Below, in pieces: positions 27,250 to 40,600 of a stretch of DNA of 64,000 bases. Each line of letters opens with the position of its first letter. The first letter of the stretch is position 1. Position numbers and translations under genes: made by a program. The notes under the pieces were generated by a model, which was given only the letters and a program-made list of their open reading frames with translations, had not been told where the DNA came from and ran no database searches. Source of the DNA: Ruditapes philippinarum (Eukaryota); contig NW_026863691.1 in assembly GCF_026571515.1 (NCBI RefSeq), positions 372,001-436,000 on the forward strand, given 5' to 3'.

Positions 27250-30200
27250 TACTTAACGATTAACGCAAATAAAAGCATATGTCGTGCCTTGTGGGTACGT
27301 ATGTGTTAAAAAAATGAGAGGGTACCTATGATATATAAATTCAAATGAAGAGAGGTTGCCCGTGCCGCTGCAAAAGAAAAAAAAGGCAAAACTGTCTAGT
27401 CTGACAGACTAGACAGTTTTGACATTTTATTTTATTTTTTTTTCTCAGAATCAGCTGATTTTGGCAGCAGTTTCTTCAGTTTTAAGCTGACACTGTGAAC
27501 AAGAACCTGGGCCGTATTCATAAAGCATCTTAGTGAATAATTTTAACTTAGTGAAAAAAGACATTTTTTTGACAAGTTGAATTTAAAAAATCTAACGTGT
27601 GTACAAAATTAGTTTGAAAATAGGCAAGAAAATGTCCTAATTAATAAAAACACATTAAAAATGTTGTGGATGGTCACAGGTATTGGAAATAAGCCATGTC
27701 AAAATTTAAGAACTTTTTAAGAGTATGAAATGTTTTAATAAGAAGTTTTTTATGGCCCAAGCACTTTGAACAATGTTGAACAACTGTTCTATTTTATAAT
27801 TATTTTGTTGATGAAAAAAAAAATTCTCAAACCATTGATTTGGAAATGTACAACTTGTCATTGTCAGCTGGAAATATAATTTGACCTGCAGAGTTTCATT
27901 AATAAATATAAAAATTGGTTAAATCGTTTTGTATATTTTCTCCATGAGTGCAAATGGAAATTTTAAAACAAAGGGACGTAACTTGGTAAACTGAATCCGA
28001 ACCGCAATACGGACTTTACCGAGAATATAACTGTAGCGCCACCTGTTAGCATAATTTGGGTATCACATATTATTACACCAGATGTCGCGTTGTATTATGC
28101 TTCCCGCATTCGGCTTTCGGCTATGCGCACTCTACCTTATGACATTCGTCATTCAAGATGAGTAAATAGACCCAAATACAAACAGTTGCAGGTTAATTTA
28201 TTGAATTAATATACCAGATCAACAAATGAATAATAATTGATCGTTAAATAACGACATCAACATAAAATTAAGCAAGTCGCACACAGCAGAAAGCATAATG
28301 TGCATGTAAGAAAGCAACATGTAAAAGTCAGAATGCAAGATGTATATGTCAGAATGCATAATGTACAAGTTAGAAAGCACGATGTACAAGTTAGAAAGCA
28401 CGATGTAACGTAGGAAAGCAAGATGTAATTTTGGCATAAATCACCCTCCATACTACAGTATTGGCCGATGTTAGAAATTGTTTGGTGGTAAAGAAATTTA
28501 CAGTAAGACTACCTTAAGGAATTTCAAATAAAAAACTACTAACTGATGAAGAAATGATACAAATAATTATTTATCCAGTGAAAAGATAAAAAAATTTAAT
28601 TAATAACAGCCTGGTAACAGCATTTGAACCTTCAAATGATTTTTTTTTCGAGATTCAGGAGGTGGCGCATTCCCATCTCACCCCCAAACATATTACAAAT
28701 GTATAGCACTTTAAATAAAATCTTAGGGAACTCCCTGATCATAGAATAGAAAGCATGCGTGAAAGCATGACACACATTGAGCTACACAAACTGTGTCATT
28801 TTAAAATCTCAAAGTACCCGGTACACCCACTCTAAAATATAAAAATATAAGGTTTCCAATGATCTTAAAATGTGTTTTCTCCTAAGCTATCATCAATGAA
28901 TGGATTTTTAATGCTTCCTTGTTTTTATTGAGATGGTAATGCAGGAAAAAATTGATCCTTAAATATTTTACCATCTTAGTTTTGATTTGCACAGAGGCCA
29001 CCATTTTATCTACTGATGTCTCGGGACTTGATCAAGCATTCTTAAAGGGACTCCACTGAGATATTTTACCATGATGGGACAGGCAATAATTTTTCGAGAT
29101 TAATGTTTTATTTGATGTATGTTTATTTCAATAACTTTTCTGCAAAATTTCAGATTATTTGCTCACTTTTTTTTCCAATTTTCACAAATTACCCAAAACT
29201 GAAAAGCGTTATTACCCTTTTCACTCAAATTAGGGTAAGAATATCACATAAAATACAATTTTCAATATATTTTGGAGTTATTTATTAATCATTTTTTGCA
29301 TATCTTTCTGTTTTAAAGGCCCAAGCCCAATTATGTAAGAAATGCTATTCATAGCTTATCTTTTTAGGCTTACTTGGGTTACTTCAACATGTATTTATAT
29401 TGTACATTTTTGTGTGTGTTAATACTTTTTTTTTAATGCTGTCCTGTTTCTTAGTCTTTGTTAAACTAAGAATATTAATAAAGAAAATTCTTAAAATAAT
29501 TTCTTTTGAATAAACATGAATATAATGATAGTACATTTAGGGTATGATTTTTATACACCCATTTGTAAAAAGAACATATTCTTTTTATTCTCTATTTTAT
29601 GATAAACTGATCGATATGTTAATATTTGTATAATGCTTTAAGTAGCAAAATAACTTTAGTAACAAAGACTCAAGTTCTATGATTAAAAGTTTACAACAAT
29701 TTCTTAAAATTGTTTCTCCCAAAGACAGTTTTCACTATGAATTATAAATCAAATATTATATTTTACAGGACTGATGCTTGTTGGACAAGTTGTTAAACAT
29801 TTGATAGAGAATCTCCATGTGAATTGATACTGTGACATTTAACATTGTAGTTCTATGGCAACAGATTGATACAGAGTTTTGTGCTGGACAGTGCCATGTG
29901 GGGGACGGATAGATTGAGCATGTTGATTGATGTGTTGCATGCAAAAAAAGATATAAAGGAACCATTTAAGACATTGTTTATGATTGGTAAAGACTTGAGC
30001 AGTTTTTATAAAAGACTATTGATTAAACATTCATTATTATATTAGCTTGATGATATTAGATCACCCTAGCTCTTAGGCAAATTATGTTCTACCACAGGGC
30101 AGCTGTAACATAAGGAAAATGGGGCCAATACATAATTGAAACATTTTTTTATTGTTTTTCAAATTGTTTTTCAATTCAGTTGGTTAAAATCAACATGGCC

Positions 30201-30900
30201 TTGATGACAAAATGGATTATATTATCAAGCAATGTATACTTCAGTTCTTTCAGTGCTTTGATTTTTCTTATGGCTGTGTTGAAAGTCTTCATGAAGATTT
30301 AGAGAGTATTAGTTAAATACTCATTCTAGCGGAACTTCTCAGGAGTTCTGTTTTCAAATCAAACTAGGGAAGTCAGTTTTATTACTACATGTAGTATACA
30401 ATAATGATACCTGTGGCAGCTGTATTTGATAAACTAGCACGCACAGGCTTACATTTTAAAATTAAAATAAAAAGAAGTACACAACGTAAAGTTAAGCTAG
30501 TGATTCACAGGAACAATCTTAGTATTAATATTGATAAACCGACTGTTAAAACAATTTGACTCTAACCAGAATAGAGGCGAGAACATCAGCATACATGTGA
30601 CATTAAAATAACATTGCTACACTTATCTACATTCAAATGAAATTAGTAAAGCATGATGTGCTTTTAGTGTTTAACTTAACGAATAAAACGTCCACAGATA
30701 AAATGATATTGGCCAATGTGAAATTAAAAAAAGATCTAATTCTTACTGGCTCATTGAATTTTTACATGGCAAAAAGTACAAAACAACATTTGCCGTGTAA
30801 TTTAAGCTTAATGGACAGCAAAACTTTTATTTCTTTGATCTGTACATAAAATGTAGTACATCATCATATACAGCATAGTTTCTGAGTAACAAATACATTT

Positions 30901-31134
30901 GAGCCGCGTCATGACAAAACCAACATAATGGGTTTGCGACCAGCATGGATCCAGACCAGCCTGCGCATCCGCGCAGTCTGATCAGGACCCATGATGTTCG
31001 CTATCAGTTTCTCTACTTGTTATAGGGTTTGTAAGCGAACAGCATGGATCCTGATCAGACTGCGCGGACGCGCAGGCTGGTCTGGATCCATGCTGGTCGC
31101 AAACGCATTACGTTGGTTTTGTCGTGACGAGGCT
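30901..31134. mobile_element. MITE (TIR GAGCCGCGTCATGACAAAACCAAC)
   Basis: Terminal and internal inverted repeats; second copy at 58753-58943. Confidence 0.88.
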
Positions 31135-32534
31135 AATTTCAATGCAATCAATCAATGCAATAATATAAAAGTAAAACACTAATGCTTGTAATCAAACATA
31201 CGTTGGTCGTTATCAAGCCTTAGTTAAATGAAGTTGAACAAATATAAAAAATAAGATAAAGTCGAAATTTTGTTTTATCATTGAACATTATTCAATATGT
31301 TTTAAGTTCTAATACTCATAGCTTTGAATATAAAGGCTACGAATACTTGAATAACATGGGCATAATAAGAATAAAAAGAAAAATTCATCTTCCAAGGCTC
31401 TTACAGAACAACATTGGCATTAGCGTTCATTTCTATGTATTCTATTCCTCGTCCATCTTCCACTTAGTATTCTTAGGTTATGTGTAGAAGTTCTTAATCT
31501 ATTATTAAAGGTGCAAGGAACATACCTAGATAATCTTCCTGATTGAAAGGTTTGCTTACACACTTTATATAAGTCTATCACAGAACTGCCGTATATGAAG
31601 CAGACAATAATTCGTTGTCTAAATATCGGAATAAGGTTTTTAAAATCAATGATAGAAGGTTTTTAAAATCAATGATATATGGGTTATTTCAAATATTTGT
31701 AAAACCATAGTCACATAAAAGCTTTTTAGCATATGCTACCCATTTATCGTGTAGTGCTAGCTGATAAACCCAGTACTTAACAATGCGTATATAAAGTGAT
31801 ATATTCAAAGCTCTGCATGAACACTTACAGAACAAGTAGTATTTCTTACTGACAACATCGTTTTACAAAATTTCAAATATAATCTTTCGATTTGTTTTGA
31901 TTTTGTAAAGCACAAGAATCAAATACCCGGCATCATAAGGTTCGTTTAAAATAATACTATTTACAATTTAATAGCAAAGCGTTAAGCGCATTTAACGCTT
32001 AACCGGTATCGCATTCCTGATTAAATATTTAATTAATAATAATAATTATGTTAAATGTCCACTTTTTCAACAGTATTATCATTACATGCCGAAAAACTCG
32101 TTTTTTTTAAAAAAAAAAAACATTTTTTTCTAAATAAAACAATTTTAGATTTATGTATATTTACTTCTATCATGATATATCTGATAAAAGTGATAATCCA
32201 TTCAACTGTGCATAATGTTGAAATAAATGCGACTAGAATTTATTTGACAAGTGTCTGTCGTTCAATTTTTAAAATTCATGTCTTTATACAAGGCATATTA
32301 TTTCATTCATTTTAGATGAAAATCTGGAAAAGGAGTGACATCTCGAAATGAAAAAAAACAACGTCGCCTCCCCCCCCTCCCCCCCCCCAAAAAAAAAACA
32401 AAAAAAACAACACACACACAAAAAAACCCACAAAAAATCACACATGTATTTGTATTTTTAGGTGTCTTCATATAATTTATATCTTCAAACTGTTATAGTG
32501 TTATGAATGTGTTTCCGAATTATGCTTGCATTGT

Positions 32535-35500
32535 TTAGGTTTGTGAAAATGCATCTTTTGTTTTATTTGTAATCACAATTGCGTCCCCTTTAGTATAAAG
32601 TTCTGATTCAAATTTTAGGTGGACCGATGGCCAAACAACTTCATAAACTGTGCCTGCAGTTTTGGTAGGGTCGTCTATATTTCTTTTTAGAGATAAAACA
32701 GAAAATTGGTCTGCACACTCGCTGTACATCTTGCCAACTACATCAAAGTTGAGAGACATTGTAGGTCTCGACACTGTCATAAGCCAACAACAATCTATGT
32801 ACTCGTCTAGAAATGTTTCTACTCTGTCTAAAAGACCGTGTGTTTTGCTTTCTTGACAGTGTTCAAAGAGAGTCTTCTCCACATGAACTTTATCCTTTAC
32901 AATCTAGATAAAAATAGATTCAACACATTTGATTTGCATGAAAAGTCATAAAAAGATGTTTGAAGAACCAAAAAAAAAAAATCAACAACAAAGATTCCTT
33001 TCATTTTGAGTAATGGCTTGATAAAACACTACTTCGCGCAAAAAATGTTATAACATAAATGTGTTTAACATACATCTTGTAAACGATATTACAATTTAAA
33101 TGCTTTTGCTTTCCATGTTACTTACATTCTTTACTTGGAGTCTCAAAGTATCAGTCTGTGCGTACTGTTTTCTAAGAGCAAAGAGTTCGGGATGCTGAAA
33201 TATAATTTTCTAAAATCTTAATTAAACAAAGGACGTATATACATCTATTTTAGCCATATATTATATCAAATTTGATAAAAGTTAAAATGCATGCATTTCA
33301 TTGTAGAAAATAAATTTATTTTAGACCTTTTTACCTTTTCAGATAAATTAAAATCAAATTGTAATTTTGACAAATTAAGACAATAATAGGTATTTTTTTA
33401 CATAAAATATCAAGCTTTTAAAAAAGTATTTCTTAAACAGAAAATCAATTGTGATGGCATCATTTACCTTCTCATACATTGGTATGTCGTCACTTTCGTT
33501 AAGAATCAAAAACTGCCGGACTTGATTGTCAGCCATGTTGAGACATTCTTTGTAGCATGACTTAAATTTAATAAAAAAACATGTGTATTATAAGATAACC
33601 ATTCATAAAACCTTTGATGAACGGTATCATGTGTTTCATGGAAAGTATTACTTATACATCAAAATTTACCTACATTGTGAATGTGTTAAGTTTATGGAAT
33701 GATAAAAGAGAATTAAACATCGTGATTATTAATACATATACTTATATTAATAGAAAATAAAATACAAAATACAAATATATCATACAACTTTTATAACCAC
33801 TTTCAATTTATTTCAGTTTTATGCTTTAATGATATCATATCATTCGTTCAAATAATGCCTATTAATTCGGTAAAATAAGTCCTGCATAACAAAATGTATC
33901 ATTCATTCTCAAATCAGAAAACGAAATATTGCAACTAAATAATATTCAAATTGATTCAAAACTGTAAGATTTAATAATGAATGAAAGAGGACCGACAAAT
34001 AACCTTTTTCCTTGTCACAATAAACTATGATTTCTTAAACTTTATAGCATTGTGTTTACGATTATATATGTATGAATAATAAGACACAATAAAAATAAAC
34101 TGACAACAATTATTCTACCTTAATCAGCAGTGAAAGGCATTGAATAATCTTAACTTCTGGAATCTGTCTGAATGTTTGCATCATCCATTTGCACAGTTGA
34201 ACCCATTTATCATCGTATAACAATTTGAATCTTTTGGCAATTTTTGAGGTGGAAAGGTCATCGTCACAATTTTCAAAATGGTTGCTGTTCTTCATCTGCC
34301 TCGACAATAGTTTGGTTAACTCATTTGTCCTAAAACGTTTATTGCAAATGCACTAAATACTTCAGTTTTTTTATTATCAATATGCAGTTGCATTTTGGTA
34401 AATTGACGTATCAATTTGGGCAATTAAAAAAACATAAGCAACAATTCAAAGAAATGCTAATGGCTTCTTTTAGACATTTGTTTTAATTATAAAATATCTT
34501 TCGACTGATATGTGAATATAGCTTTTACCACATTACAACTGATTATAACCAACATTGTGTGGTATGAAAAATAAATAACAACAAGTCATACATATATATT
34601 ACATGAATCACATTAAAAAGGGGGGGAACAAATTGCCTATTATATCCAACTTTACCGTCTTTCTATTTCTTTCTTTTCCTGTCGTAAGCGAATATTCATC
34701 TTTTTAAGCATTTCAATTTGTTTGTCTTTCTCTTTATCACTCATGTACTTATCATTCACTGGACGATCATCTACTGTGTTCTTGTACCTCTCTTTTTCTG
34801 CAGATGATCTTCTGTAATACACGATGTAATACACGAAACACATTTAAAAAGGTTTTAAATGAAAAACATATAACATTATTTCAATTCAATTTCCGTTTAC
34901 AAGTTTCTCAAACTGTATCGATTATGAAAACAAGTTTTCTGTCACCTGTATCGTCCATTTCGATAAACAAAATAGGATTCTTGTCAGTGTTGTATCTCTT
35001 TTCTTTAAATTACAATAGAACTATGTCTTTACAAATAACGCATAAGTTGTTATCATTAACTTAAGCGATATGTGCTAACAAACTTGCTTTCATTTACTTT
35101 ATAATTGTTTTGATGACGTATATAATGTGCTGTCATTGTTCTGCTCATGTTCAGTGGGCCGAAAACTTATAATCGGTCACATGACACTCATAATCAGTTG
35201 AAATCATAGACAATTTCGTTACTATATATAGTAACAAGTGTAATGGAAATCAAAACATGTACAAGCAAGAATATGATATTTTGTAAGAATGAACTTGTTA
35301 TATATGCTAAAACATGCAATTAGTAATACCTATAATCGCGGGAAGAACTTGAATATCCATCATCCCGATATCTTGTACCCGGCGGCGATTCTTCTTTACG
35401 ATTGCTAATTTCAATGTCATTTATTTGCCATTGATGCTTTTCTGTACTAATTGGTGGTTTTGACCTGGCATCAATTTCGGCATCAACTTCCACCCTTATA

Positions 35501-36615
35501 TGCTGGTCATGAATACTATTCTCAGCTGTTAATTGATGTGTTTGTTTTTCCAAGGATAAACTATCCCTTGAAGACACATTAGAAGTTTTGGGATTTACAT
35601 ATGATTGCGGATCTCCCTTGGCAAAGCCAGATATATTTTGCTGTTGTTGTTCTTGACTTGAATTGTTTAAAATATCTGACACAACTGAAGAGTGTTGTTT
35701 TACATTGTTTAAATATTTCGTTGGACTATCATAAATGATTCTGTCACGTGAATTGTCTGAAACATTTTCAGACCTAACATCATCATGCAAATGTGATTGG
35801 TGTCTGGCATTATTTCTATACGTTTGGTATTCGTTGGTTTCATTGCCATTAGCACATGAATTGTCTTTATACTTGTATTCACCTATATCGCCATATGCAT
35901 TTGTTTCGGTTGTAAATTTCTTCGTTCCCTTTTCTCCTGATTGCCAATATTGCGTATGAATGTCATGTTCATCGTTTTTATATAGATGCTCATCAACATA
36001 ATTTGAACTTGATGCTCTATGGTGTTTTGCACTACTACAGCTTATATGACTGCCAGATAGTGTGGAAATAGTGTTACTTTTTGGCATTTGATTAGTGTAT
36101 GTTCTAGAGCTAAGCGTTTTGCTTTTATGTGTCTCTCGACTTTCATCACCATGTATACTTGCTTTTGGAGAGAGGAGCCTACCACCACTCGTGTGATGAA
36201 TTCTATTTGTATCCGAATTATAATTAGTTATCACGTCTCTGTCTGTGCCTACAGAAGTATGTCTCATTGAACCGTTATTCAGGCGTGAAAGATTGCCTAC
36301 GTCTTGCATTTCACCACCATGATAACCAGTGTGATATGATTGTGAATTGATTTGACTTCCTCGTTGGTCTGCTTTTCTTTGAGAGTATGGCAAGGAAGTG
36401 GCAAAATTACTTTTTTCTCTTACTTTTAAATTGCTATCATAATTTTCGAATGCTTGGTCTGTATTGGAAGAAGGTGCTTTAACACTTCTAGATAAGTTCC
36501 TTCCCGAACTAACATGACTATTATCTGAAAAAGGTCTATGATGTCTTTCTCTTCCTATAGGGTTCAAAGGGTATGCATACACATTAGAACGGCTGTTATA
36601 ATGAGATCCTGCCAT
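32535..36615 (-). CDS. MIEAP/SPATA18-domain protein, paralog D, long S/H/N-rich N-terminus (~727 aa, 6 coding exons)
   Basis: Exons 35330-36615, 34656-34811, 34119-34329, 33468-33560, 33126-33194, 32535-32903. Motifs KIAKRFKLLYDDKW and DCCWLMTVSRPTM...EVVWPSVHL...KGDAIV. A likely non-coding first exon has its donor at 36968/36969. Confidence 0.85.
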
Positions 36616-36968
36616 TTTGTCACTGCCTTTGACTACTGAAAATATGTTAGGTTCATTAAAAAAGTGCAAACATTTTTATCTAAATTTGAATTGTGTGTAG
36701 TTAGTTTGTATTGAAATTTAGCATTCGTATGCAAATAAAGATAAAATATGATAGTGATAACAAACACAAATCCGCACTTTATGTGTATGAACAATAAAAG
36801 AAGCGTGTAAACATACAACTCAATATACACAGTATAAGTATAAGCTACACAGTATACAAGCTACAGTATATGTATGGTATAAAATCAGTGTCAAAGGATG
36901 CTTGAAATTCAAAATATATATGAAATATATGTACATGGTACATGTCATGATAAAATCGGTTATCTTAC

Positions 36969-37697
36969 CTTGAAAAAGAAACTTTGGAACACTTCCAAAA
37001 TAACGTTACATGATTGTAAACACACGTATCCAAATAACGATATCGAATCAATTGTTCGTGTACACTACAGTCACGCTGAGCAGACGAATCATTAGTTAAC
37101 AGTCTGATTTCGATGTAGAACTAAACCTCGTGTTATAATTCACGCAACAACTCTTTAGCAAAGAATATTTTTTGTTATGCTATTTCTTATATGCAAGTTG
37201 TTAAAATTTGATCAATGATACAACAATTTAAATTTAACCCACACCAGGTACGTATTACATACGTACCTGCCAACACTTAACTTGCAACTACAGTACATAA
37301 GCTTATTTTAAAATAAGAGTCGATGGTTTAATGTCACTTATGCCAACATGTATATATTTTGATCAGTGTACAGTATAAAATCTTATTTTTTTCTAATATT
37401 ATGTACAAGTTTTATATAAAGGTTGAATTATAAAAATCTTAAAAGGGAAGCAGGCATAAAGAATACTTTTTTAAGTATATCAACTATACGACGTGTAAGC
37501 TATTTATACCTTATCTGGTTTTCCACTTTTCGTTTATGCGTAGATTTGCAGAAAATGTAATTTCCAATATTGCAGCATCAAGTTTCTCTTTTAAAAAGAG
37601 CATAAGTCTTTGTAATATTTGAACGGATTTGTTAAAATATGAATAAACATTTATAGTGGAATTTTATATAGTTACAGATTTATTTAAAAACATCAAA
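36969..37697. promoter_or_regulatory. Putative bidirectional promoter / 5' UTR region shared by paralog D and HSPA12
   Basis: Divergent genes. Minus-strand donor at 36968/36969, plus-strand donor-like CAG|GTACGT at 37247/37248, acceptor TTACAG ending 37677 just before the HSPA12 ATG. Confidence 0.5.
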
Positions 37698-40600
37698 ATG
37701 ACAGATAATGATACAGGGATTGATGCAGGGCCAAGTCGAGATGACCCTGTAGATGCCGACAGCATTACTGTCGATACGATTGATTGTGTAAGTAACAATA
37801 TTGTATTTTAACGAAGCTGCAGGTGCTCATTTTACTTTAAATGTTGAAATTATATAACATTTTGTTATCGTTTATTTTTTTATCTTGTTTCGTTTTTTCA
37901 TTGGCAACAGTCAAAAGTAGGTTACAACGTTCTACAACTCTTATATTTATAACATAACTAATTTAATCATAGCTCATTCTCTAACAATTTTTTTTAAAAT
38001 AGTTTAGCTGTAGATAGTGTATATTTATGTCTGAATTGAATGCAAGATCGATCGAAATAGCATATACATGTAGTTTGATATTGAATAATTCGGTTACCAA
38101 TCATTTTTGAATGCTAAACTATGTTCTGTTTAGATATCTTTATCTGTGTGATAATATATACGTCTGTACCTATAACATACTTGATAAACAATTTGCAAAT
38201 GGCTTTGACTAACTGGTATGATATCGGGCAATTTTACACATTATAAAAAATACCACAAAGAGAGTAGAATGTTGCATATTTAAACAAATCGTTTCAAGGT
38301 CAGCTGTGTGTATAGCATAATTATAACTATCTTAACAAAAAAATTTCCTTGTTAACAAGTGTAGTCTTGACAGAGGTTTATTTACTGTACAGTATACTTA
38401 TTAATTCACAGTGCGATATGAAAAATATAAATATGATTTAAGAAGATATATTCATTTGAAACAGGATGAAGAAATCACACCCCGTTTAGTAATAGCCATC
38501 GATTTTGGGACATATGCGTGTGGTTATGCCTTGCAATGGAGATCCGACTATGAAAATGCAAACTGCCTCGAAAGCATCAAGGTTCCAACAAAATGGTCTG
38601 CAAGTGGATTTTGCACGAGAAAGACACCTTCATGTATACTACTAAAACCTGACAAAAGCATTGCCGAGTTTGGGTATAAAGCTGATTTTCAATTCAGCAA
38701 AAATGAGTCGCTTCCTGAGAGAAAGAGACCAAAAGACTGGAAGGACTGGTATTTCTTTCGCTTTTACAAGATGCGACTCTACACTGGAGAGGTAAGAATA
38801 TGATATCATGTGAACAATCGAAATAGAAAATAATTAACAGCATGCATGCAACAGAAGATAATTTGTATCATTGTGTTAATTACCTAATTCTGTGAAAAAT
38901 TTGATTCCACGGAAGCAGTGAAACACAATATTATATCGATATCGCAAACTCGGTTACGTGAAGCAGTATTTATGTCTAAACTTTGATTAAATTTCTAGGT
39001 CTGACTGCATGAGGTATTTAACTCCCGTTAGGTATTTTGCTTATTTTTTCAAAGTCGGTTTTTTGTCCTTTTGTAGGAACTTACAGTGGATACTCCAATG
39101 GAAGCCGCAAACGACAAACATTTGCCAGCAGTTGAGGTACTGGCAAAAACTATAGAGTATCTGAAGGATGAAGCAATCAATAAACTACGAGAAGATGGTG
39201 TTGTTTATCCAGAGGAAGAAACCAAATGGGTTCTTACTGTTCCTGCTATTTGGAATGACCCAGCTAAACACGTTATGCACGAGGCGGCAGAAAAGGTAAT
39301 TATCTAAGTGCTTGCACATGAATCAGAAATTTTTTGAATTTCTTGCAAAACGTTTTCATCATAAATTTATTATGCATATGATGTTTATAAAGAAACTATA
39401 TTATGATTAAATAAATATATCCATTTTAGCTGGAATAGAATTGAACTGAAAATGTAACTTTATTTGCCAGGCTGGAATAAATGGGAAAAACTTGTCAATA
39501 GCACTTGAGCCTGAATGTGCTGCAATATACTGCACTAAGCTTCCTCTTGATAAAATGGATGTCGCCATTGGCAGTAATGAAAAGACAAATATTGCAGCTC
39601 CTGGTCAAACACTGATGATTGTAGACATGGGAGGTAAAATATGTGGTTCTTTATTTATCGCATCCCTTTTCATTTTGCAGTTAAAAATGAACTGATAATG
39701 AGCATAGCATTGTTGAACAGCATTGTAGTATAACAGTGAACAGAATTGTAGTATCCTACAACATGTTTTACAGGCATTTTTACTTATAGAGATATACAAA
39801 TCTCTTTTCCTTTTAAATAATTTGCCATACCAGTATTCAATTGTTTCATATGTTACACTGTTTTTCTTTGAAGACCGACCGTCAATTATTTTACTGTTAG
39901 TGTAAAGGATTAACTATTGCTATACTATAATCTGTGGTTTATTTTTGTCGTGATCATTCTGTATCAAACCGGTTAAGTTTTATTATTACATCTCTTTTAG
40001 TCCCCCATTAAAAGAACTACATTCAAACCACATTGGGTCAATGTAATAAAAATCCAATGTGAGTGGAAAATGCTTGTGTATGTCCATGTGTGTTTGTGTG
40101 CGTGGGTCTCTAGGTGTATGTATGATTGTATGGCCTTCTCTTATACTGTGGGTTGTGGAGTTTAAACATCTTCAAAATCTGGAAGAAGGAAATCCGTTTA
40201 TACAAATGATAACAAAAACAAATGAGAAGAGTAGCATATAATTCACATCTTTGTACTGATTACAGCATTTTGTAAGACATTTTTAACCTCTATCTTCATT
40301 TTCCGATAATTCTACATATCTATAATATATCTAATTTGTCATAATAAGATTGTAAAATGTTTGTTTTATGTTCTAGGTGGAACTGTTGATATAACAACTG
40401 TAAAAATAAATGAAGACAAGACAATGCAACAGGTTTATAAATCATGCGGGGGTCCTTGGGGTGGTACGAAGGTCAATGAAAAATTTGAAATGTTTCTGGC
40501 AGAGTTGATAGGAAGAGAAACAGTCAGAACATTCGTAGAAAAGCATGCAATTGACTACCATGATTTGCGAATGGATTTTGAAAGCAGAAAAAGAGAGGTA

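Larger units (their letters stand above)
24930..28453. repeat. Large inverted repeat (foldback-like): ~1.05-kb arms at 24930-~25990 and ~27403-28453 around nested elements
   Basis: The arms are near-identical reverse complements (mirror ORFs 24928-25168 and 28219-28451) with scattered differences. Confidence 0.92.

Noticed and set aside
24928-28451. Mirror-image Cys/Leu-rich ORFs
   Set aside because: Products of short internal repeats in the inverted-repeat arms.
29756-30450. Possible exon remnants between paralogs C and D
   Set aside because: Stops in the frames examined and no similarity to MIEAP or HSPA12 motifs.
559-36615. Assigning the symbol SPATA18 to the paralogs
   Set aside because: Only family-level motifs match; these look like lineage-specific expansions rather than clear orthologs.
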